Shown here piece by piece: positions 53,660 through 64,000 of a DNA stretch of 64,000 bases. Below the pieces are notes generated by a model. The model saw only the letters and a list, made by a program, of their open reading frames with translations, had not been told where the DNA came from and ran no database searches. Position 1 is the first letter of the stretch, and every line of letters starts with the position of its first letter. The translations under genes were made by a program, and so were the position numbers. Source of the DNA: Octopus sinensis (taxonomy: Eukaryota); assembly GCF_006345805.1 (NCBI RefSeq), contig NC_043002.1, positions 16,058,001 through 16,122,000 of the forward strand, given 5' to 3'.

Positions 53660-54410
53660 TGGCGGCGTCGAGCTGGCAGAAACGTTAGTATGCCGGCGAA
53701 AAGCGTAGCCGTATTTGGTATGCTGTTATACTCTGAGTTCAAATTCCGCCGAGGTCGACTTTGCCTTTACTCCTTTCGGGGTCGAAAATATTCAGTATCA
53801 GTCACGCACTGGGATCGACATAATCGACTTAATCCTTTTGTCTGTCCTTGTTTGTCCTCTCTGTGTTTAGCCCCTTGTGGGTAGTAAAGAAATATGTATT
53901 TCGTCTGCCGCTACGTTCTGAGTTCAAATTCCGACGAGATCGACGTTGCCTTTCATCCTTTCAGGGTCGATTAAATAAGTACCAGTTACGCACTGGGGTC
54001 GATATATTCGACTTAATCCGTTTCTGTGTCCTTGTTTGTGCTCTCTGTGTTTAGCCCATTATAGGTAGTAAAGAAATAGGTATTTCGTCTGCCGCTACGT
54101 TGTGAGTTCAAATTCCGACGAGATCGACTTTGCCTTTCATCCTTTCAGGGTCGATTAAATAAGTACCAGTTACGCACTGGGGTCGATATAATCGACTTAA
54201 TCCGTTTCTGTGTCCTTATTTGTGCTCTCTGTGTTTAGCCCATTATGTATCGTAAAGAAATAGGTATTTCGTCTGCCGCTACGTTCTGAGTTCAAATTCC
54301 ACTGAGTTCGACTGTGCATTACATCATTTCAGTTACGTACTGGGATCGATCTAATCGACTGGCTCATTCTCCAAAAATTTCGAGCTTTGTACCTAGAGTA
54401 GTAAAGAATA
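53660..54410 (+). mobile_element. SINE B head-to-tail tetramer (184-bp period)
   Basis: Junctions aaagaaata|(g/t)gtatttcgtctgccgc at 53895, 54079 and 54263; a further degenerate copy lies at 54430-54630. Confidence 0.92.
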
Positions 54411-55119
54411 TAATATTCATTAAAATGCCATGAGCTGGCAGGACTCTTCGCATGCTGGGCAATATGCTTAGTGGTATTTCGGCTTTGTACATGTTCTCAG
54501 TTCATATATCGCTGATGTCATCAACTTTGCCTTTTATCCTCTCCAGGCGATAAAATAAGTACCAGTTGAATACTAGGTTTGATGTAATGGATTTACCCAC
54601 TGTCCCAAAATTTCTGCCTTGGGCGAAGAATATGAAATCCATGTAATATAAATGAAATAAAACAATTTTGCTGCGTGATGAGTATGTGAGCGAAAGGGGC
54701 GACTTACAAATGAGCAGCCATTGAGTTGCAATATTATGCGAAAACTCATAACAAATATTCAGAAGTGTTTTTGAGCATCACCATGAGCCTTTATCCTTAT
54801 TTACATTTGGAAGTATAGAATAATACACACTCACGCATACACTGATGTATGCTAAGAAATATATCTAAGCTCACTCGAAATCAAACAATATATGTTATAG
54901 GTAAATGATAATGTAAATAGATTTAAGGAACAATTCTAATATGATGCTGATAAAAACTTCTAAGTAAAGAATTATCAATGCTGAATCAACCCGTGCTGAG
55001 AAATCCTGGGCTATGTTCAAAAGTACAAAGATATAAAATATATAAAGTTAAGAGAAAAACAATATTCGAACATATGTTTAAAAGATTTTAAAGTAAATGT
55101 ATATACGACTATATATTTT

Positions 55120-56230
55120 GAGGTCTGTTTTGATAAAATCGTAATTGACGCAATGTTATGTACCATGAAGACGGCATCACTTCCTGAAACAATAAGTATT
55201 TTAAGTATTGTCTATGTGAAGCAGAGGAAAAAAGAGGAAGGGAACCTTTTTCAACTTGTTGACTGCTACCGGATCGTTTTACAGATTTGAGTGTGTTTGT
55301 GGGTGTGTATGTGATTTGTGTGTATGTCATGTGTGTGTGTATGTGTGTGTATGTATACGAGGGCTAACTTAGGCACGCGACTAAGGTAGTCATTAATTTG
55401 GATAGGAATTGTTCGAATCTCAGAAGTGGTGAACTGACCGGATGCACTGCAAGATTGGGCACTGACTGCATTAACATGATGTTGACAAAGTGAAAGATTC
55501 CCCCTTTATTTAGAATGTGTGGAAAAGAAGAGAATCGATCAACCATCCTGTAAGCGAATGTGCAGAGCGAGATTACAAAGGGCGACAAGATAATGTTGCC
55601 AAATATATATGGATTAGAAGGATTCGCAGAAATATGAATTTACTAAAGGAGCCAAAAGCTGTTTCGGAAACCAGAAGATGCCGTAGAAAATGACAAATAT
55701 ATGGGTTTGTTTTTTCGTTCTGGTGCTTCAAGACGTGATAAAATGATTTAGGCAAGGATGTCAGATACCATAGTCGTCAATAGGAAAGAAAGGAGGCCTG
55801 AATTATCCATATTTCTATTCCAAGGGATAGTGAAGTGAAAGGTATAGAGGAAGAAAAAATGATCAGTATGAGCTACCGAAGGAGGTGCTTACAAATCGTG
55901 GGGTATGAAGAAGATCTTTGTGACTCGAGTAGTCGTCGGAGCATCGGGGTGCATATCGGACAGCTTCGAGGTCTGTTTTGATAAAATCGGAATTGACGCA
56001 ATGTTATGTACTATGAAGACGGCATCACTTCCTGAAACGATAAGTATTTTAAGTATTTTAAGTATTGTCTATGTGAAGCAGAGGAGAAAAGAGGAAGGGA
56101 ACCTTTTTCAACTTGTTGACTTCTACCGGATCGTTTTACAGATTTACAGAAAATAAACATAATAATAAACATAATAATAATAATAATAATAATAATAAAA
56201 TAATAATAATAATAATAATAATAATATTCT
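55120..56230 (+). mobile_element. Two R4/Dong-like 3' ends (55120-55288 and 55380-56150) followed by (AAT)n
   Basis: About 170-bp direct repeat; MCGK.EESINHPVSECAERDYK and KKIFVTRVVVGASGCI..KTASLPETISIL. Confidence 0.8.
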
Positions 56231-56332
56231 TAACAAAAAATGAAGTAGACTGACATGTGATTTTGCACCTGTGTAAGGCATGCTAGATGCCGAAATATCG
56301 TTCAATAAATTTCACATGATATGGCACTCTTC

Positions 56333-56374
<42 letters not shown>

Positions 56375-56378
56375 TATT

Positions 56379-56424
<46 letters not shown>

Positions 56425-56539
56425 TAATAATAATAATAACAACAACAACAACAATAAAAACAATCGCACTACCAATAAGGAAAGGACAACTGGCACCAGC
56501 GAATTAAGTTATTTAAGTGGAGAAGCTCAGAAGAATAGG

Positions 56540-58230
56540 AAAGTAGATTCTGTTATCAGTTGGATAGATACTAAAAATGTGGGAGACAATAATTTATTGA
56601 TCTATGCAGGAGGGCAACAGTCATTAGAAGATTAGATATCTCATGCGGAAGAATTAAAAAAGATGAAATATGGAAAATGAGACAACAAAATAAAGTGAAG
56701 GGTTTAAGACAAGATCTGAGTAGAAAAGAAGCCTGGAAACTGAACAAGTTAGGAAACACAAGAAGCAAATCTTCCATTGAGAAAAGATAGTTAAATAGAA
56801 AAGAATTGGGATAGTATTAGAAGATTTGAAACAGCGTATGACAGCAGTACTAGGCGACCTCTGCGGATGTCAGAAAAAATTGATCAGTATCGACAGAATA
56901 GATTATTTCAGACAGAACAGAGGAGATTTTATAACCGAATAAATACTGTGGAACGAAGTACTGAAGATGAGAAGTCCGATGCAGAAGAAGCTAGAAAGTT
57001 CTGGAGTAATATTTGGGATAGGCCAGTCAATCATAATGGGAAGTGAAAGACGAAATAGTGAGCGAGAAGCAGTCAGATATAATGAATAAAGTGTAAGGGA
57101 AAATGCTCAGTTAGAATGGTCCTGCACCAGATTTATTGCAAGGCTACTGACTAAAGAATTTAGTAGTTTACATGGGAGGCTGAGGGAACAATATTAGGAT
57201 TACCGTATTGGAGGAATAATACCAGATTGGATGGTGAGTGGGAGGATAATATTCATGAAAGATAAGAGCAAATGTAATATACCTAGAAATTCTAGACTGA
57301 ATATTTGCTTACCATTTGTGTGGAGGCTATTAACAGGTTAACAGGAATGCTTTCAGAAAGCGCATACAAGCACCTTGACAACCAGAATTTACTGCCAGAA
57401 GATCAAAAAAGATTGCAGGAAAAAGGCTAGAGGAACGCATTTATATATAGAAAATTCATTTCTAAGTGAAGTAAAAGCTAGAAAGAAAAATCTAACAATA
57501 GCAGGGACAGATTATAGGGAAGTCTAAGAGATAATCCCACACTCATTGATAAGTAAATGTCTGTGTATATTTAGAATAGCAGAACACATAAAAGAATTTT
57601 GCAAAAACTGAACCCAGGAACTTTTCAGCACCCTCTCACATACACACACACGCACGCGCACACACACAGACACATACACACACACATACACACACACACA
57701 CACACATATATATATGAAGAAATGGAAAATGGATCTCTTAAGTGACGCACTCTTAGGGAAAGTTAATATGAAAAGATGAAATTTTCAGGGAACTACCTGT
57801 CCCCTTTAATATTTGTCTTAGGTTGGCTCCACCTCAGCTTCGTATTACGGTAGACAAAGGCAGGCCATCAGTTCAGAAATAGTAGAGGAAAAGTTTACCG
57901 TTTTCTCTACATGGATGAGGTGAAGATTTTTGGTAAGAATGAAAAACAGATTACTTAAAACAAACTGTAAGACATTTCAGCAATGATATAGGCATGGAAT
58001 TTGGCGTAGATAAGTGTGCGACATTAGTCATGAAAGGGAGACAAGTAGTCAACAGCGAAAGCATCCAGTTACCAGATGGCAAAGCAATAAAATCTTTGAA
58101 AGACCGAGATAGTTTTAAGTATCTAGGAGTATTACAATCTGACATAATACTAACTATAGAAATGAAAACGAAAATTGAGAAGGTGTAAACTATATCTATG
58201 CTTTGGAGATCTATGAGTATTTTTAGCACG
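56540..58230 (+). pseudogene. R4/Dong-like reverse transcriptase pseudogene
   Basis: QYRQNRLFQTEQRRFY, AEEARKFWSNIWDRPVNH, LYMDEVK, DIGMEFGVDKCATL, FKYLGVLQ. Confidence 0.85.
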
Positions 58231-58311
58231 CCAAGCAAAAGTTTGGAAACATTTCGTCAGCTTTTACGACCTGTTTTAAAATTTCCCTGAGGTCGATGTT
58301 GACTTTCGTCT

Positions 58312-58617
58312 TTTTGTTGTTCTTCATTGTTACTTCTTCGTTTCTATGGCTGGTTCATAAGGGCCGTTTTCCCAGTTTCATTGGCATACATGTGCCCCAC
58401 GTGGACGGGACACCGGTCCGTCGCAGGTTAGCTGAAGGAAAGAGTGAGAAAGTTTTGTTGCGAAAGAGTCAGCAGTGTTCGCTGTTAAATTCTGCCCGAG
58501 TCGCGTGAAGTTTAGGTGTTTCGCTCATAAACACACACATCAACCAGTGTGAGATTCGAGCCCGTGATCCCTCGACCACGATTCTGCTGCTCTAACAACT
58601 AGGCCATGTGTCTCCAC
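58312..58617 (-). mobile_element. SINE D nested in a degenerate SINE B fragment
   Basis: Same sequence as 18724-19026; ttcgtc occurs on both sides. Confidence 0.85.
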
Positions 58618-58870
58618 TTCGTCCTTTTGGGCTGAATAAAATAAGCAACTCTTAAATAGTGGGATTGTTGTAATTGACATACCTCGAAATTGATGGCGTT
58701 TTGCCAAAAATATAAAACCAATATATAGAGGATTTGCTGAAAGTCACCTGACACTAAATCAAAACCATTTAAATCCAAGATTAAAAATAAAAAATTTTAT
58801 ATGGGACTTCGCTAATAAATAAACAAACGTTGATAAAGAAACGGTGATTTTAGCTAACAGCATTCGATTA

Positions 58871-60154
58871 CACTGTTGAACAAAGATAATGCATTATACT
58901 CTTTAAGAATGGGAACCAAATTTGTGTGTAATAAAATGGGGGGGCTTTAAATTGCCATTATGGAGAAGTACAGTTGCTTTTAAACTCCGTTTTGAAAAGT
59001 CAATAAATAAACGCCACTCTGCAGGATCATTATTTTGTGATAAACTTTCGAAAAGTATATCGATGTTACTGCAAAAGTAAAGCGGGCCTTCAACAGAAAA
59101 ACACGTTTGTAGAACCACATTTCCCTGCCAAAATTAAGTTATACGGAAACCGAACTCTAGCAGATACATCTCCTTCAGTCTTGCTGGCAACAGTTCTGCT
59201 TTTAAGAGAGGGTTTGGTCTCTGACAAGGCCATTCAGCTCAGCTTCGGAAAATTTCTGATTATCAAAGCTATCGTCATCAGCGACGTAATCTTCTTCAGC
59301 AGCACTATCGTGACAGTCAACATCGTCACCTGATGTTTCAATAGCATCATGTGGCGGAACTGGAATTGGCAGACTTCCATTATGAGGTACAGATCTCATT
59401 GCAGAATCCAAATTGTGATACACAATTTTGTGCTTATTCTTCATAGAAAATTCTGTGACATTTACTTTGCCAAAATAAGTCATTAAAATGGTCTTTCGGC
59501 TCCTTCCATATCATTGAAAGGCAAAAGGCATGGACATCTTATTATTGAACCAGTCACGTTAGCCATTTAAGCAAGCTGAGCAGACACAATGTGGTGCCCA
59601 TAACCTGTCCAGATCTCCAAGAGGACAATTAAATTGTAGCTTCTAAATCTTCTTGAACTAAGGAGGTATTGTACATTTTTGAAATTTCACAATAAATTGT
59701 CCACTGACATAACAAGACACGCAGGACGATTTCTAAACTGACTTGACTTTGTTACCACTGTAAAAGAAGTAACAAAATAGATACAAAGGTTATACATATA
59801 TTGGATTTCAGATGATGAAATATTTCACCAGACCAATTATGAATGGACTATTCGAGATGTTGAAAGACATATATCATCAGACAAAACTTGATTGGTTAAT
59901 TTCAAATGATGATACATTGCAACTGAACAATGTAGCAATGGAAAATGTAGTTTATATTAAAGGCATGTTTCCATGATGCAAATGAAATACAAGAATACAC
60001 GTCATTAATTAGAATTTCTATATAATGCATGAGCTAAAACAGTTGAAAACTGTACCTGATATCTAAAAGCTAATTGTATATTAGAAATCAGCTTTAAAAA
60101 CTACATTAAGTACACCTAGACATATGCATAATGAAAAATACTTGTTGACTAGTG
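58871..60154 (-). mobile_element. Chapaev3-like (CMC) DNA transposon, internally deleted, both ends present
   Basis: tta|CACTGTTGAACAAA ... CTTGTTGACTAGTG|tta; relic motifs LWAPHCVCSAC, IWKEPKDH, SEAELNGLVRD, EWRLFIDFSKRSLKA.VLLHNGN; family assignment is from memory of these motifs. Confidence 0.75.
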
Positions 60155-60425
60155 TTATTAAACATTCATAATTGGAATGTATAGATACACTGAATATTAA
60201 GTTTTTATAGAAATTTGATTTATTGTCGACATTTGACTAACCAATTATATTTGTAAACATACACACATGCACACACACACACACACACACACACATACAT
60301 ACTTACATATATACATATACATATATATGTATGTATGTATATATGTGTATATATATGTAATTATATATATAAATATATATATATATATATACATGTATAT
60401 ATATAGATATAGATAGATAGATAGG

Positions 60426-60471
<46 letters not shown>

Positions 60472-60510
60472 CAGAGAAATAAAATGTCTGCAATTCATCC
60501 ATCGCAGCCT

Positions 60511-60547
<37 letters not shown>

Positions 60548-60564
60548 ATATATATATATATATA

Positions 60565-60947
60565 TAAAACATTATTGGTGAATTGAAGAAATGGAGCTGA
60601 ACGCAGATTGAACAGAAATCGTTTTATTTCATTCTACACGTGTTTCGAAAGGCACAAATTACCAAAATCCGATTGAATAATGGGACCATATTGTGTCTTT
60701 CTCTTCAGAGTTTCGCCATGGGCTCTTAGGAGCACAGTTCGATTTGTTTTTTGCTCTGCATCTGTTCTGTTTTTGTTTTTCCAACGGATTTCCTTTTTTC
60801 TTCCTGAAGAGAAAGACACAATATGGTCCCATTATTCAATCGGATTTTGGTAATTTGTGCCTTTCGAAACACGTGTAGAATGAAATAAAACGATTTCTGT
60901 TCAATCTGCGTTCAGCTCCATTTCTTCAATTCACCAATAATGTTTTA
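60565..60947. repeat. Perfect 144-bp inverted repeat with 95-bp spacer
   Basis: 60565-60708 is the exact reverse complement of 60804-60947. Confidence 0.97.
60797..60884 (+). ncRNA. Type I minimal hammerhead ribozyme
   Basis: tttcttc-CTGAAGA-gaaagacacaa...ttgtgcctttc-GAAACACGTGTA-gaatgaa; palindromic stem III; predicted cleavage after A60877. Confidence 0.75.
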
Positions 60948-61101
60948 ATTTCAATTATCCGCACCAACGCACGGTTGCGACGCCAGAAGGTTGTACCTCC
61001 AACCGTGCTGTTCACTGCTGTGATTTTTGCTACTAAGGTATCGGTTAAACTTTTGATTAATCTACTACAAGATTATTCATCTTTCTGTTTCACATAATAT
61101 A

Positions 61102-61134
<33 letters not shown>

Positions 61135-61249
61135 GGTTGCAGGTTTTTTTTTTTCACGCATGTGTATTGATTGCTTTTGATTTTATCGACTACACATTGT
61201 AGTAGGTTCAGTTGTTCATCTGAACCTACTACATCTGAACTCATCCTAC

Positions 61250-62200
61250 GTGCTATGGAAAGGATATGCTGTACTGCGTGGCATCCGCACCGGAAGCTCC
61301 AATACGAGCAATTTACAGTGTTTGGGTGTCAATCTCGGGAGAGTGCAGAAGATTCGGAAAGTGTTGGGTAAGTCAAATGGTGATAATGAACGTATGGCAG
61401 CTCGAAAAACTCACTCTGATCATCCTAATGATCTCCAGGCCATGATTGGCAATGTTCCCAGTAAGTCAGTCAGGTCCAGCCCCAGGGAAATGGGAATGTC
61501 TGAGTTTCTTATCAGGCAGGTAGTGAATGAAAACAACCGGTATTCCTCGTACAAAATGAGAAAGGGCCAACTTTTAACGCCAAGTCATCAAGGACAACAG
61601 GAAAGACCCCGCTACGATACTTTTGAACAAACTCAAGCATTCCCTGCAAGTAAAAATGCTTTGGTTTTTCTCAGACGAGAAAAATTTCAGCCAGGATCAG
61701 ATTGGAAACACACATAACAACCGTTGCTTTTCCGTGTCCACAAATCATGTACAGAGACTGATAAAAATCAAACATTGAACCAATAACATGGTATTTGGAG
61801 TGATCACTAGTGATGGCGACGTTATGCATCCATTCATCATCCCCCACAACATCTGACTAAACAGGGAGGCCTACAGCAAGAGGCTGGAGGACGTAGTGCT
61901 CCCCTGATTCGAGAGGGTGGCTCCTGGAAGACCCTTTGTTTCCAAAAATCTTTCTGTACCAGGCCACATAAACAGTAGGACGCAGTCATGTCTGTCAGAC
62001 AATTTATGCAACCACAGCACCCCTAACATTTGGTCACCTTACTCCCCAAGTGTACGCCATAATAATAATATGGCGTACACTTGAGCGATAGACCAAGAAA
62101 ACCTCCTGTAAAACCCAAGATAATCTGAAGGTAAGGATTATGGCAGCTTTCACCACATTAAAAATGAAGACCGTCCAGAACAGTTGCAGGAGATTTTATT
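61250..62200 (+). pseudogene. Tc1/mariner (maT/DD37D-like) transposase pseudogene
   Basis: SYKMRKGQLLT, FSDEKNFSQDQ, MVFGVITSDGDVMHPF, EAYSKRLEDVVLP, NIWSPYSP. Confidence 0.85.
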
Positions 62201-62632
62201 CAATAAATTTACTCTTTAATATTTCAAGATATTTTTATATAATTTTGGTAAATATATCTGTTAAAACGAGATATCGGTACTATTTTAATTTTTGCGTTAT
62301 GTACATGACAGATTACGTATGCTAGACCATCTGCAAATGTAATGGATGTCACAAAATACATTTTAAGTTCCACAAAAAAAAAAAGAATTTAACTGCAGCA
62401 CTTGGCGGTCGAAATCGGGTATGCAGTCTATGTAGGTGTCTTTTCGAAACATTGCCCGGTTTAAAAAGCCACGTCAAATGTTATCATGGTTCTAAGGTTT
62501 AGGTAGTATAGTAATTTTTAGTACAATATTAATAATATATTGAAATTTATATTTTATTATAGATGATATCTTTCATTATTCATTGAATTACCTTGATGGA
62601 GGTTCTGTCTCTTAATTCTCTCTCTCTTTCTA

Positions 62633-62659
<27 letters not shown>

Positions 62660-62678
<19 letters not shown>

Positions 62679-62755
62679 CTTATTTAAAGCAGTGGAGAAT
62701 TCAACAAAACCTGTTACTCTGAGTTCCACGTCCCCGTTCGTCGGACAGTTTTTGT

Positions 62756-62760
<5 letters not shown>
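62660..62760 (-). mobile_element. pLTR-like fragment with degenerate hammerhead
   Basis: ctgt-CCGACGA-acggggacgt-GGAACTCAGAGTA-acag. Confidence 0.45.
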
Positions 62761-62813
<53 letters not shown>

Positions 62814-63169
62814 TGCACAAACATATATTTACATGCATATATGTGTTTTTGGTGCGTGTGTATGTTTGTGTATATGCATTTATGTGTATATATGTGTGTG
62901 CGTGTGTATGTCTGTGTGTGTGTGTGCGTGTTTGTGTGTATTATGAAACATTCGACATTATTCTCTCTCCCAATTACGTAGTACGTGATTCGTAACGCTA
63001 AATTGATTTTCCAGGGGAAAACATGTGAATGTTATCGTAGCTATGTGTCCCTATCGATGAAAAATATTTCAAGTATATTGCTACTGAAATGTTAAGCTAC
63101 TTCAAACGCATTATTTCCACACCAAACATAATTTCAGGAATGCAGGCAAAAATATACATGGACTACCGT

Positions 63170-63394
63170 TTCCAAAGTTTACAGAATGAGTACGTAAAAA
63201 CATTTTTCCGTAATGCAGTTCTATATTTAAGAGATGAGGAATTATGTACATTATTTATATTATCTACAATTGTCGGATATTTGTCCTCATCTTGTTTGTT
63301 TTTAACACAACGTTTCAGCTGATATACCCTCAAGCCTCCATCAGGTCTTAAGGAATTATCGAAACTGGGTTCTCATTCCTAAGGTACGTTTCGA

Positions 63395-63400
<6 letters not shown>
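63170..63400 (-). mobile_element. Second copy of the 221-370 hammerhead-bearing family
   Basis: CTGATGG-aggct..agct-GAAACGTT-gtgtt at 63304-63344. Confidence 0.65.
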
Positions 63401-63425
<25 letters not shown>

Positions 63426-63459
63426 ATTATTATTATTAGTAGTAGTAGTAGTATTATCA

Positions 63460-64000
63460 TTGAGTGAGAGAGCAGTTCATGCCATCAAAGTAACACTGGG
63501 GTAAAATATACGAAGCCCAATATACCCATCATGACTACCCGTCTGATAAAGGTACACCAGGCACATGCATCACAACCATATGTGCGCGACATGGTGATCT
63601 CATATCAAGATAAACAGCACATGTCCTTGCAGGTGGGGCCCAGTTAGAATTTTCTTCAGGTTGAGTAGCCCATCCTGCTCAAACGGTCCCTGAATAAGGG
63701 TTGTTTAAGGATGTTGAAAGAACCACCCATGTTTCCAGAGGTGAACTATTCAAACCCCAAAGAATCCCTCTCAACACATGGCTATGATGCTCCCCCACTA
63801 CTTCTGCTCGTGATCAGAGATGCACATATCGTCAGCCACTAAGGGACATGCTCAACTGGTTAAGGTCAAACAACTGACAAGCAAATCTGTGGTATTGAGC
63901 AGAATATTTGCTGTAGCCCATCTTTATACCAAGAGAAAACAATGTACATGATAACACTTCCAATCACTTAAGATCAGAAGCCATGAGAGCCACTGCCTGG
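63460..64000 (-). mobile_element. Probable LINE 3' UTR ending in an (AAT/ACT/AAC)n tail, cut by the window edge
   Basis: Higher-GC block ending ...ctctctcactcaatgataatac followed by a trinucleotide tail; no ORF. Confidence 0.45.

Noticed and set aside
55335-55360. TACGAGGG resembling a mariner TIR start
   Set aside because: No partner TIR was found, and the downstream sequence is R4-like coding relic.

Overview
AT-rich, microsatellite-dense eukaryotic DNA with no supportable host protein-coding exon, rRNA, tRNA gene or CRISPR array. The SINE types, the (TA)n/(GATA)n/(AAT)n load and the transposon mix suggest an octopus or other coleoid intron or intergenic region (inference). Contents: about 20 tRNA-derived SINE copies in four families (here A-D); a decayed Penelope-like element (RT with YLDD, GIY-YIG) plus many Penelope pLTR-like foldback palindromes, several with minimal hammerhead ribozyme motifs; R4/Dong-type fragments next to (AAT)n; two Tx1-like LINE 3' ends in (GATA)n; Tc1, mariner, maT-like and Chapaev3-like DNA transposon relics; and a Tigger-like MITE. 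Four things stand out. (1) A complete 2.4-kb ORF1-only LINE with a 10-bp TSD sits inside a SINE head and has six 74-75 bp double-hairpin repeats where ORF2 should be. (2) SINE family B shares its last 45 nt with the Tx1-like LINE (35/45 ungapped), and the ORF1-only element ends in a weaker version of the same motif, which hints at one ORF2 serving three passengers. (3) About 15 hammerhead-like motifs are present, including an intact core inside a perfect 144-bp inverted repeat. (4) Five GACGTCA-N12-CCAAT modules with fixed spacing lie in the Penelope 3' region. All alignments and folds were done by eye; most boundaries are approximate.
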